From Camelus ferus (taxonomy: Eukaryota), in the NCBI RefSeq assembly GCF_009834535.1, contig NC_045711.1, positions 48,732,001 to 48,796,000 on the forward strand: DNA of 64,000 nucleotides, in the 5' to 3' direction. A program made the translations under genes and the position numbers. The notes under the pieces were generated by a model that had not been told where the DNA came from, did not search any database, and saw nothing but the letters and a program-made list of their open reading frames with translations. Shown in pieces: positions 12,101-23,799 of the stretch (position 1 is the stretch's first letter; every line of letters starts with the position of its first letter).

Positions 12101-14917
12101 ACGTTGTCCATTAATTGGCATTCAGCCTCTGGGACTGGAAAGAGAAGGTAAAGGTCACACTGAGGCTGACCCAAAAGATCTCCCTCTAGAAAATCCTCCC
12201 TGGAGCCCCCCATCCTGGGCTCCCTGATCCCCTTCCCTTCTGAGGAAGCCCCCAGCTGGGACTCTCCAGGAAATGCTGTTCTCACCAGAAATCACCAAGG
12301 TCTGAGCCTACTCTGCCACCTTCTTACCAAATGACCTTGGATAAGTCACTTCACCTTTGAATCTGTTTCCTCATCCATAGAAGGAGAATATTAATAGAAC
12401 CTATTTCCTGTGCTTGAGGAAATTAAATAAAATAATCCAGTTAAGCACTGAACAAAGTGCCTGGCACATATACTAAATGCTCAATAAATGTGAGCTAGTC
12501 CTATTTAACTATTTAAGAGGCTGAAATGAGACAAGGAGATGCAAAACGAAAGGATCAGGAACCCCTGACAATTGGGAAATAAAAACGAAGCAGAGTTCAA
12601 GCTCCGGTGTTTGTGGGAACTGTGCACGTGTAAAATGAGGCAACCCCGGAGGGCTGCCGGACCTCGAGGACTCTGCCCGGCCTTGCAAAAGGCGTTGCAT
12701 CAGGGCCTTGATTCCCAGTCAGTTGCTGCCCGAGGGTTAGCGGGGCGCGTGTGGAGATGCCGCTGGGCTGAGTGCCTTTCTCTAAGGCCTCCCAGGTCTG
12801 AACCCACAGAGAAGGGAGAGAGAGCTTCTACTGCTGGGTATTGGGAAGCAGGGCTGGATTTCCAGATTCGGGGGGAAAAGAACACATTTTGAAACCGGTA
12901 GAAACATGACAGACCTAGAAATAGTACCTGAAATCAGTCCTGTGTGTGATACTAATGTCTCAGGGCCCATTTGTTTCTTGAGCAACATAAAAATTTGCAT
13001 GTACTTTATCAGAGAGAAAGAAAAGTCACAGTAAGAAGAAGGGCAGGGGACAAGAGTCACTTTATAGTCACTTATCTCAGCCAGGTGACCAAGGTCAACA
13101 CCAACAATGACAAGTCAGATTGATAGTACATACCCTTTATGATGAGATGAGAACTGCCATTTACCTCTGCAGTCTTCCCCCAAAACCCATTACCTTAATC
13201 TAACCATGAAGAAAAAAACATCAGACAAATTCCAGTATAAGGGCATCTTACCATAGGCCTGACCAGTACTCCTTAAAATTTTCAAGGCCATTGAAAACAA
13301 GGAAAATCTGAGATATTGTCACAGCCAAGAGGAACCTAAGGTGACCTAACAACTAAATGTAACATGGGAACAGAAAAAAGACACTAGATAAAAACTAAGC
13401 AAATCTGCATAAAGTATATACTTTAGAGGAAAAAAAAATCCTATGTACACCATCCATACCATATAATTAAAAATAAATAGTAATCCATTTGAAAAGTGAG
13501 CAGGCCAAGTGGCTGAAAATCAGTTCAAATTACCAGTTCGTGTCATTCTTAAGGATTTTTTTATTTTTTTAAGTTTGGGTTCACCTCTGCCTCTGCATTT
13601 TTTTATGCAAAGAGATAGACTTTCCCTCTAGGGAAGTTAACTGACTTAGTCAAATTTTTTTTTTTTTCCATACTGAAAGTTTGCCTCTGCCCCTGGGGAG
13701 TAACATGATCATTACAAAACATCCTAGTCTTGGTTTAAAGTTTTGGTTTTTAGTTTTTGTTTTTTTTTCTGTTTTCAGTGAACTGGTCATTTGGCAAACT
13801 GATTTTTTTGAGAACTAGCTTTTAGTAAACTGAGTCTTGGCAATTTTCTTTTCAGAGAATGGACTCACAGAGTCTTTGAAAAATGCTCATCTGAAATTTT
13901 TCTAAAGCCCCTTGCTTGCTTAATTAAACTTCACTGGTGGAAAAGCCCACCACCTCAGAGTAATCCCGGCACTGCTCTTGGTCACATAGCAGCAGTGCCT
14001 GGCACAGGACAGGTGCTCTCAAACTGTACAGTGGTGGTGGTAGAATTTTTTTCCATCTGTCGGTCACCAGCAAACTTCCCATTCAGTCATAATCTCCAGG
14101 AAACTGGAGGGGATAATAAAATAATGATTGGGGAGAACTCTTATTGACTGCTCCCCTGAGCAGACACTGTGGTAAATGATTTACATAAATCACCTCATTT
14201 GATTCTTGCAAGTTTTCTCCAGTTGACAGATAAGGAAACAAACTTAGGTAAAGCAACTTGTCCAGAGGTCACCCAGCCCGTCAGCAGCAGAGCAAGGCTT
14301 AGAAGCCAAATGCCGCCAAGCCTGCACCCTTTCTTAACCACTAAGCAAACTGCCTCCATTTATTTATCTATTTAAATGATAAATATATAAACATGTGAGA
14401 AGACCTCAGCTAATTTAAAATTATTTACAAAGGGAAAAAACAGGAAATTAAGACTATTTAGGAATAGTTACCAATAAAAATAAATTTCCACTTCCCCTAT
14501 TCCCTTCTCCCCACGCAGCTCTCCCATACATTTCTTAAATTGAGGTGTATGGACGTGTGCATACGAATTCCACGGTTTCTTTGTTGACTGGTTGACTTGG
14601 TTGATAGCAGTGGGGAGTTGAGACTGGGGTAGAGTAAGAGTGGGCAAAGTCTCCTGGCTCCATCTCTCACGCACTTCATACTGACCTTGGAGCCCAGAAT
14701 CCAGCTTATCAAACAGCTCTTCACCCTCTTCCATCTCCAGTATGTCCTTCAGAGTGAGGTCTGTCTTGTCATATTGGTAGCCAAGAAAACGCTTCTTCTT
14801 CTTCACCAGACAGAAGCAGTGGAATCTGTCAGCATCAATGATGCTTCTGACAGCAATCATATCCCCTCCAGGGTCCATCTCTTGGACCACAGCTCTTGCG
14901 TTTTCCTCAAATACCAT
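5717..14917 (-). CDS. GSDMB: Gasdermin-B, complete spliced CDS, 1239 nt / 412 aa
   Basis: Exons 14686-14917, 11966-12134, 10163-10334, 9395-9479, 8945-8983, 7880-7906, 6989-7149, 6729-6867, 6313-6383, 5717-5860. All introns are GT-AG with matching phases and there is no internal stop. The translation aligns with human GSDMB ([25 protein letters not shown]...[12 protein letters not shown]); synteny with ORMDL3 agrees. Confidence 0.95.
6313..6383 (-). CDS. GSDMB: GSDMB exon 10
   Basis: [24 protein letters not shown]; donor GTAAGA. Confidence 0.93.
6729..6867 (-). CDS. GSDMB: GSDMB exon 9
   Basis: [46 protein letters not shown]; donor GTGAGG. Confidence 0.93.
6989..7149 (-). CDS. GSDMB: GSDMB exon 8
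   Basis: [19 protein letters not shown]...LQDLQQR; donor GTAAGA. Confidence 0.93.
7481..7662. mobile_element. MER5A-like hAT-Charlie MITE
   Basis: Starts cattggttctcagcc, contains gaatcagaatttctggaggtggg, ends atgagaatcactg (CAGTGGTTCTCA-type termini). Confidence 0.7.
7880..7906 (-). CDS. GSDMB: GSDMB exon 7 (27 nt)
   Basis: AKDGGSPWL vs human EKDGASSCL; gcag| acceptor, G|GTAAGG donor. Confidence 0.9.
   Translation of the reverse strand, partial: QKMVVHLG
8945..8983 (-). CDS. GSDMB: GSDMB exon 6 (39 nt, pore-critical alternative exon in human)
   Basis: [13 protein letters not shown] vs human NIHFRGKTKSFPE; tttag| acceptor, G|GTGAGT donor, 39 nt. Confidence 0.92.
9094..9145. repeat. (CA)26 microsatellite in GSDMB intron 5; reads (UG)26 in the pre-mRNA
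   Basis: Perfect dinucleotide run counted directly. Confidence 0.97.
9395..9479 (-). CDS. GSDMB: GSDMB exon 5
   Basis: [28 protein letters not shown]; tag| acceptor, GTAAGC donor; not in the ORF track. Confidence 0.92.
9490..9770 (-). mobile_element. MIR fragment split by a SINE
   Basis: aacaatcctgggaggtagacattttcatcc...ttttacagatgagaaaacctgggctctgagag, the MIR core motif. Confidence 0.65.
9579..9670 (-). mobile_element. Vic-1-like SINE
   Basis: Poly(T) followed by aatggaggcactggggaatgaatccgggacc...ctctaccactgagctctacccactcccc; short flanking repeat atcct. Confidence 0.85.
10163..10334 (-). CDS. GSDMB: GSDMB exon 4
   Basis: [34 protein letters not shown]...CEYK; donor GTTAGG. Confidence 0.92.
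10545..10740 (-). mobile_element. MIR fragment
   Basis: tgaggaaattgaggct...aagttcacacagctaataagggtagagctgggtttcaaaccc. Confidence 0.65.
11966..12134 (-). CDS. GSDMB: GSDMB exon 3
   Basis: (V)[15 protein letters not shown]...[11 protein letters not shown](R); ccag| acceptor, AG|GTAAG donor. Confidence 0.92.
12310..12500 (+). mobile_element. MIR fragment
   Basis: tgaccttggataagtcacttcacc...tttcctcatcc...aaagtgcctggcacata...ctcaataaatg. Confidence 0.65.
13065..13430 (+). mobile_element. Old L1 (L1MB/L1MC-like) 3' UTR fragment
   Basis: gtcttcccccaaaacccattaccttaatctaaccatg...catcagacaaattcc...cctgaccagtactccttaaaa, an L1MC-type motif. Family from memory. Confidence 0.55.
14686..14917 (-). CDS. 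GSDMB: GSDMB exon 2 (first coding)
   Basis: [77 protein letters not shown]; donor G|GTCAGT. Confidence 0.92.
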
Positions 14918-17900
14918 GGGCAATGTGCCTGGACCAACTTGGAAGAGGAAGCCAATTTCAGTTTGGGGGTGGTGGGGTGGATACTGGTTCACGTTTTTAA
15001 ATCTACCTTTGGCAGCCTGGGGTCAAGAAATAGCTAAAAGTTCTAGACAACCAGGACTTGGAATGATTTGCCTTCCCTGTTTTTAAGAAGGTGTGGTGGT
15101 CACTGCACACTAAGGTGGAATGACTACCACAAAGGCCAATTCACCTCTGCCCCTCATGGAACCCTCTGGAGGAAAGAGAGAGCAGTGATTGCCCCAAAAG
15201 GAAAATAAGACCTGTTTTCTGCATCTCCCACAGCAGAGTTGCCCCTCGCTCAGAGGGGCCTGAGGGGTGGAAAGGCAGGCCCACCAGCCCCAGCCAGACC
15301 CTCACCAGTGTTGATGAAAGAGGACCCGGGAAGAGAAGAGGGGCTTGGCTGCCAGACCTCACATTACCAACCCCAAAAGACAACTCCTTCCCTTGGTTCT
15401 GACTCCTGGGCCTCCCTCCCTGCCTATTCTGCAAGGCAGTTGGATGGGTGTCCCCACCAACCATTGCCCACTGAGATGGTGCTAAATTGGCCTCAGAAGG
15501 AAGCAAAAAAGGTGGAGTACAAGAGTGGCTTGGAGCTGGATGCCCTGGACAGCCCCCTACACCCAAGTCCTGTCTCCTCAGTTTCTGGTCACCTTCTAAA
15601 GGGTCCTCTTATACTTGGTAAAATAAAATGAATCCCCAAACCCCACCTGGGGCATCTCTCCCACCAGCCACTCTCCCCGCCACCCTCTCCTGGTTTACAT
15701 TGGCCTCTGTACCTCTCCATCTTGCCTGCCCTGCAGAACCCTCCAAGGCCCATCGCAGGTCCAACCTGACACAGTGGCTCCTCCCCTACTTCTGGTCAGT
15801 GGCAGCTCTTTGTCCCCACCACACCGAACCCTTTGGGTTCTCTTCCCTCCAAATCTTTCTTACTCTCTCCCTTTCCATCAATCACTCTGCAATTCCTCCC
15901 TTTTGAAATCTCTTTCCTTTTCTTCAGGCTCCTTTGCTTCCCTTCTGGGGCCAGGCTTCCCCTCACAAGCTTCCTGGGCTCCATATCCCCCTCCCACCTC
16001 TGGCCACCATCCCCTCTGTCCCTTCTGGCTGGTCCAGGTACCTACTCACCCATGCTCCCTTCTCTATCCCTGCCCTGTCATGGTGGTCAGCTCTCAACTC
16101 ACTCCCAACTGATGAATTCTTCTGGGTGTATGGAAGGGCAGTGCCCAGGGCCCACAGGTCCATCTCAGGGGCCACCCACCTCTTTTTTGTCCTCAGCTAC
16201 TCACCAAAAATGGAGGTTGTAAGAATCCCCTCTGGGTAAGATGTCTGCACGGTTCCTGTGTCTAAGGAAGCTATAATAAGAGAACAGGAGAAAAAAAAAA
16301 AAAACTAGAAAGCTGGGTGCCCCATCTCTCATTTATCTAAAGATAAGCCACATGATGTCTGGGCTGGAGACAGAGAGGCCAAAGGTAAGAAACCAACCCT
16401 TCCCTCCTCTTGGACCCAGGAAACAGGTAAGAGATAGATATTCACCTGATATATATTCTAGGTGAGTTTGGGCTACAGAATGGTACAGAATGAGGGATAC
16501 TGAGCTGTGAGTTCGGAATAGAGAAATAGAATATGGGTACCAACCAAGTGACCGCAGGCAATAGCTATGGCTGTGCCAAGGATATGAAGAGAGAGACCTC
16601 ATGGGAAAACCAGCGCCCCAGATGCCATGTTTGGGTAGGGGGGACACCAAAGACTCAGGGAACAACAGCAGCAAACACCTGTAGGGAACAGACTGGGCAG
16701 GTAAGGAGGACTCAGCCCTGCTGCCCACATCCTCCCTTGTGGCCCTCTCAAGAGAGAGGCATCGCCTGTCCTCTCCACCCACTTCCTCTAGGATGAGCCC
16801 TCCGGCCCCATCCCAGTCCTCAGAGACAACCACCTGGGTGAGCCCAGCCTGTCTTCTGGCCCCTGCCTCCCTGAGTTCTGAAAGAACAATTAAGGAGATG
16901 GTAATGGTGGTAAAAAATTAACAATAATCAAACGGCTACCATGTGTTAAGTATTTACAACGTGCCAGGCGTTGTGCTAACACTCACAACAGCCCTACGAG
17001 GTAATATCCCTATACAAGAGGGGAAGAGACTGAAGCTCAGAGAAGTAACCTGACAAGCCACAAGACTAGTAAGTGACGGACCTAAGATTTGAACCGATTG
17101 CTGTTAATGTGCCCCAGATCTTCACCCTGACTGCGCTCCTGCAGATCCATGCAAGCTCCCAGGGTGCCCCCACCCCAGGACTGAGCCCAGGTGGCTGCAT
17201 GTCTCCTCCCAGTGCGGTGTGGGCCTCCCTCAGGGGCAGGTAGGGAGGCCGGGGAAGGGACTAGGGCAAAGATCCTGCACTCTTCCTGATATCCACTTCC
17301 AAGGACACTGTGATGCTGGGCCAGGGCCAGGGAGGGGCCGAGGCTCCAGAGGGCAGCTGCTCCCTTCTACCGGGACTATGGGCCTGTCCCGGGGACAGCA
17401 GATGATACTGCACAGAACACGAGGTAAGGACTCCTCCCTTTCCCGGCCATGGGAGCCTAAATAAGTCCTGAGGGGTTACCTCTTCCCCTCCCACACCCAC
17501 TTAGGGCCGGCAGGGGGAAGCGGGAAGATTCCCCTGAAGACACAAAGGCCAGGAAGAGATGTAGCCCTCCAAAGGAAGGAGAAGTGAAATGGGGGAGGAA
17601 TTCAGAGGAAAGGACTGGGCACCCCTTGGGACTTTATGAAGCCATTGCTGAACTGACCCCTCCCTGGCCATGGCACAAGCCATCCCTCTGCCAGCCCAGC
17701 CTGGCTCAGCCAGCCTGTGGAGCCCAGAGGTGTTAAGTCTTGTCAGAGGAAGAGCCAGGATGCTGCTCTCTGGCCGGCTTGCTTGCAGCCTCGGCCAGTT
17801 CCCACAGCCCATACAGCCGCTCCAGCTTGCTCTGCGGGAGGGAGGCAGCAGGAGGAGCAGCAGTCCCAGGGTCCCTCCCACCATCCGGAGGGTCAGACTG

Positions 17901-18001
17901 ATGCTCCCACAATCCCATCCCCCCAACTCCGCCCTGCCTCCTCCCCCAGAGCCCTCCAGGAAGCAGAGGCCAGACTCAGGCAAAACAGGAACACATCGTC
18001 C

Positions 18002-18007
18002 TTTATT
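18002..18007 (-). terminator. ORMDL3 polyadenylation signal AATAAA
   Basis: Minus-strand context gaaaaacacaAATAAAgacgatgtgttcc, about 1.46 kb after the stop, consistent with the long ORMDL3 3' UTR. Confidence 0.8.
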
Positions 18008-19468
18008 TGTGTTTTTCAGAATACTGTACAAAGGGAGTAAAAATCCTATTCACACTTTGCTTAGAAAGATTTTGAGGTGAAAGTTCCCTATGATACATGG
18101 GGTGGGGGTTGGGGGGACCAGGAGGCAGAAAACAGGGCCAGTGACCTTCCCCGCTCCCTCAGGGCCCTGGCACCCACACTTTCTCGGAAGTAGCACAGAC
18201 CCAGTCGGATTAGGGAAGAGAGAAAGCGCCTCCTCTCCAGCCCAGGCTCCTGCCCTCCCCTCGTTTCCTTAGCCTGAGGAGGCAGCGCCTGCAGGTCACT
18301 CCTTCCACTGTCCTGCTTGAGCAGGGACCATGCAGGACTTTGCAGCCCACCAACCCCATCTGGGGAAAGCCTGACAGCCCCATGTGTGCATGCCACACAA
18401 GAGACCCCGGCCTGGCGCCAGTCTGCACGTTACCAAGGAAAAGGTTGCAGAAGGGCCCCACCACTCATCATTTCTGTCCCAGTGTCCCCATGCCCCTCAC
18501 ACCACTGCAGACGGTGTCAAATTGGATCCATGCTTAAGATGACTCATGAGCCTCTTCCACCAAACTGCACCAAGCCAAACCAGGAGCTTCAAACCCACAG
18601 CAGCTTCCCTTCCTATTACCGCCACCATGCTGTGGGTGAATGACTCCTCCAAAGCCTACCCTCTCCCTGACCACTTTCCAAAGAATGAGGCTGGGTCTGT
18701 CCCATCCCTCCCCCCATCACTTACACCAACCCCTGCTGCTATGTGGCCCCACTCTTCTAAGTCCCAATTCACCATCCCCACCCCTGCCCCAAACCCCCTC
18801 CCCACCTCCACCAGGGCCAGGATGGCTGCAGCCTTGGCCCCCTCACCTCTGGGACCAGGCCGTCCACACCCAGCCCCACATCCTTCTCCTTACCCTCCCC
18901 ACCCCTACAAGCACCCAGCGTGAGCTGGGTTGTACGGGAGCTGTCTGACTTGGATTAGACAATACTCTACACGGAGGGATGAGGCACTGTCCCACACTTG
19001 CTTATATATAAGCGCAAACTGAGTGTCATCCTAAAGACATAAGAATTAAAGTGAAACAGTCTAGAAGCTGTACCGTCCCCTCTGCTCCCCTCACAGGGGT
19101 TAAAGTGCTTCAGCAGTCTGAGGATGAGCCAGCGAGCAGGGTGTTTCCCTGGCCTCCTGTCCCAACCTCACAGGTCTGTGTTCAGCGCAGGAGCCCAGCC
19201 CATGCCATGACCACCCCCACCAAGTCTCTAACCAAAAGGCAAAAGGGAAAGATCAAAAAATTCAGAAGGGTCAGAGCCCCAGGGGGGCCCACCCCAACCC
19301 ACTAAAAGCTACTTCAAGTCCGCTACTGGGGGAAGTGAGGGGGAAATTAGTGCCCAGAGGCTCAACCCCCATCTCTGGAGGTGCCCAAAGGCTCCATCTG
19401 TCTTCAGCATCGCAGCACAGGCTTCTACCCGACCCCCGCCATGCCGGGCAGGGGAAGGGGCTGCACCC

Positions 19469-21049
19469 TCAGTACTTATTGATTCCAAAAATCCGGACTC
19501 CATGGAGCTGGGGCAGCTTGGGGATGAGCACGCTCATCAAGGACACGGTGTTGAGGATGAAATGGATCTGGTCGTACTTGGTATAGAAGCTGGTGAGGAA
19601 GTACCTGGGCGGGGCAGGTTGGGAGAGGTGTAAGACTCTGTTTGGGAGACCCCTTTCTCCCTCACTCCCTGACGGGGAGGGGCAGTTTCCCGACAGCCGA
19701 CAGCCGAGGAGTTCTGGGCAAGACCCTGGAACAGAAGTAGGGTGGCAAGATCCCTCCAGCTAAAGAAGCGCCCGCTGACCCCATCCCCTTGCTCTACCCA
19801 GGCCTGCGGACCCACCTCACTAGCAGGAAGGAAGCCCCAGCCAAGGATAGGCAGGACCAGGGAGGCACAGGCCTGAGCCCAGCGTAAGACCCCGGGATAC
19901 TGTGACTTCCCTTCCTCTGCTCATTCCTACGCCAAGAGCCAGAGCTGGTGAAGAGTTTAAGCCTTGCAGGGCCCCAGGTTCTCCTCTACCCAAGACTACT
20001 CACAGCACGATAGGTGTGATGGTCAGGAATTTCCGAGACGCCGTGAACTGGACCCCATAGTCCATCTGCTCCCAGTGGGTTAGCAACCTCGCCTTGCCCT
20101 GGTCCGGGGTCTCAAACGGTGTCCCTTTCACCGTGTGCAGGAAGATGTACATGCCCTGGAAGCAGGGGGATCCTTCATTAGAGGACAGAAAAGGCCAAAG
20201 GCCCTCCAGCTCAACTCCTCCGCCCCAGTCATAGACGTGGGCTCCAGGTGATCTGGAGCTCCTCTCTGCTGGGCAGGGGGATGTGGGCTGGAGGTCAGGC
20301 TGGAGCAGCTGGGAGGCTGGCAGGAGAATGAGGAGACCCACTGGGTGAGAGGGCAGGCCTGGCATGAGAACTCATGGAGAGGAGGCAGCCGCAGAACCAG
20401 CAGGGAGATGCCACCCCTCCAGCCCGGCAGTGGCCTCCCTGTGCTAGCTGGGAGGGGACAAGCTCAGAGGAAGGAACTATGCCCCTGTTTTCCCACCAAA
20501 AGAGTACCAGGTCGCAAGCAGGTGGTGAGGGAGCAGAGAGGGGCAAGAGGGGAAGACGGTTTGAGATCCTAGCTTGGGAAAGAGGTATTTCTACCCTAGG
20601 CTAGGCACCTGGGTCCTGCGGCCTCTTTGGGGCCCTTAGTTCAGCTCTCAAAGCCCATCTTCGAGGTCCACAAGCTGCACCGCCCCCCCCCCAGACCCTG
20701 GACATATCTGAAGACTTTATTCCAATAAGAGGAAGTAGGGCACAGAGATGAGAGCTGGGTCTGGGCTCTGGTGACTGATATTGTCAGCCTGTCACGCTGT
20801 CATCTGGCCCATGTTTGGGGGGGCTCCTCCTACTTCTCGGCCTCGCCCAAGGGCGGGCAGCAGGCAGGCCCTCACCATGTTGTGGATGAGGTTGGTGAGG
20901 GTCCAGACGACGGGGACGCTCACAAAGGGGATGCTGAGCAGCACGACGTGGAGAAGCCCGATGGCCAGCACGTAGGAGAGCCAGATGCCGCGGCTGTTCA
21001 TCACCCGCGTGTTGGGGTTCACCTCGCTGTGCGCTGTTCCCACATTCAT
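19469..21049 (-). CDS. ORMDL3: ORM1-like protein 3 (serine palmitoyltransferase regulator), 462 nt / 153 aa
   Basis: Exons 20876-21049 ([21 protein letters not shown]...LIHNM), 20004-20155 ([21 protein letters not shown]...TPIVL) and 19469-19604 ([11 protein letters not shown]...GINKY*). Phases 0/2 match; acceptor of the first coding exon at 21076-21077. Confidence 0.98.
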
Positions 21050-23799
21050 CCTGCTGCCCCTCTCCTGCCGCTGTTCTGCAAACAAGCAGCACAGGTGAGA
21101 CGGGTCACACCACTTTCCCTGCCCCCTCACATCCTCCAAATCCTGCTCTCCCAGAGAACTCCAAGCTCTTCTACCATCTTGAGTCTCCAGTGAGGAGGCC
21201 AGAGAACGTCCGTGTAGACTTAAATCTGTTCATTTCCCACCGCTGGACTGGGATAAACACCAACCTGCTCCACACATCATCCAATCAGGAAAGTGCCCTT
21301 CCAGGCACTGGGACTGCCTGGGCGGTTAGGTCATCAAGAGGCATCCAGCCCCAGAGCAAAGAAACCACTGCCCGTCCCTCAGTCTCACCCTCCAGAGGGC
21401 TCTCTTCCCACAAAGTCCAGTGGAGAAGAGGCCTGGTCCCTAAGCATCATTCAGTGTAACCCTGCTGGACTCTGTCTCATCGAGGGTCTGATATGGGACA
21501 TCTTCTACCCCTGAGCCCCCCACCCTCCCCTTCAGAAGGAATAAAAGGAGGTAAGAGCTCGCAGTGGTGGGTGAAATATTTGGGGGTCACTACTTCTACC
21601 CATCCCTCCTAATTCTCCAGTCCTGGGTCTCCCCCAGCCCTGACCCAGGAGGACTGGCAGGGAAGAAAGAGAGAAAGGGAAGAAAAGAGAAAACAGATGA
21701 GAGACAACCTTTGCCCAGACCTGGAAGCCTCCTTCTTGGTGACACAAAACAACCCATCCAGATGTTTTATCCATTTGGCAGCCACTCAGTCTAACCCTCG
21801 TGATGCTACTCACTCTGCTGCCAAACCACCATGGCCCTTTTCCCCACTAGAGGAGTGGCAAGGATAGAGGACGTGGCCAACATCTACAGCTCCCACGGGT
21901 GCCTGGAACCCATATCAACACACCTCTCCCAAGGACACAAAAGCACACCTGTGGACTCACTCCTGGCCCCTTTCCTCTCTGTCTCCTCATCCTCACCTCG
22001 GCCTCCTTTCCCCTGCATCTGTTTCCAGGTGTAAGTTAGCACCATACCTTCCCTGCCCAGCTCCAAGGGTAGAAGTCCTACAGCAGGAGGAACCAGGAGA
22101 GCTGCCTTTGATGCCCAGGAAACAATATAGCCCAGTTGCATTCCTGGATGCAGGTAAGGAGGGGAGGGAGCAGTCCCTTGTCCAGAGCTTAGCTGTCCCC
22201 AGATCCCTGAGGGCCCTGTGGCCAGCAGGAGGCAGGAACAGATGGCATCTTTGTACTGGCTCACCTCCCTAGCTGAGGGAAGATTCTGTCTGATAAAGAC
22301 CCTAAGGTCATCACCATGGTAACAGCCCCACCTTCCTTGAGGATGTTAGAAAGGAGTCCCAGCTGAGGGTATCCTGAAGTGCCCAGAAGGCCACCTCCTT
22401 CACGCTGCTGAAACAAACCCCCTCAGACTCAGGTGCCCTCTGTCTCTGGCTAGGATCCCAGAGCCTGTCTAGGAGCCGGAATTCTCAAGGATCAGTTCCC
22501 TACTTCCAGGATAATGGGAACAAGTTCCTTCTTTTCAGGTGGCACCAAGCTTAGAGACCTCAGGGGAAATGTGACCCAAAACACACCTTCCCAACATACA
22601 AACACACATGACATGGCCCAGGGTGCATCCCAGAAGTAGTGATGCTCCTGGGGCCCATCAGCCCAGCCCATTAAGCTGGGTAACTGGGCCCAACAGAAAC
22701 CCAAGGAACTAGAAAACTGGGACTGGCTCGGTTGTTTACCTTCCAGGGCCTTAGGGCTTCAGTTACCCTAACACAGCTCCTGGGACATTCAAAAGCCTCC
22801 ACTTGGCAGGAGGAGGAGGGGGAGACTGGCTAAGAAGTCTAGGAGGGCTCTGAAAGACTTAACTACTGATTAAGGAGAGAGGAAAAAGTTCCCTAAGTCT
22901 GACCAGAAACTGCTGCCCCTCCCCACTTCTCCCTACCCTAGACCTACCAGGGTATAGGAGTAGCCAGACCTGTAGCCCTCCTAGTATTCTGTCCAGGAGT
23001 GCCAAGAGCCTTGCTGAGTCCCAGATCATCCTACACTCCTTTCTGGCTGTAACAGGGCATCCAACGAAGTCTGATCAGTCTAGGAGGGATCCAGACCTTT
23101 GACTTAACTGACCACCCTGGGAAGCTTCTTCCTGTAGCCTTCCTGAACACTAGGTGCCCTGACAGCAGAAAATCCCAGGAGACCCCCCCCCCAAAAAGAC
23201 AGAAGAGGTCAATAAATTAAGAAAAAGACTGGTAGCAGGAAGCCCTCTTGAGACTTGTGTGTGACTAAGGGTACATATCACGTCCACTAGTATAATAACC
23301 AATTGCCCATGGCCCGGAAGGGGAGAAATGGGGAGAAGCAGCTGGCAGAGGTGGAGTAAGCGTACAGCAGCTGAGGCAGAAAAGTTCTGCCGCCATAGCT
23401 GGCAGGTGGCTGCCCATGCCAGTCCCTGATGTGGTTTCATAACCTGCCTCAAACCAGAGCCTGCAGCAACTCTGTTCTGTTAACTACTTTCTTGCTGGTA
23501 GCTCTTTCCTACTCCTTCTTTCCCTTCCCCTCTGGCTTCCTACACAAATATCCCTGCCCAGCCTGTCTGACACCTAAGCCAAGGCCACAGTGAGAGCAGC
23601 CAGATGAGCGCTTCCTAATCTCTCCCCTAAGCAAGGGCAACAAATCTTTTGCCTTATGGGTGAGCAGCACAAAGCATCCAAGCCCACAATCTGGACCCCA
23701 ACGGGGAGTCCCTGGCAGCACGCCACAATGCCATGTTTATTCTGCCCACCCCACGACCCGTAGGGCCAGTGGCTCACCTCTCAGCTCTGGCCCTGTCTT

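Noticed and set aside
14918-14992. N-terminal extension MNQYPPHHPQ... of the GSDMB ORF in the track
   Set aside because: Starts at a non-ATG codon and runs through the intron polypyrimidine tract and acceptor.
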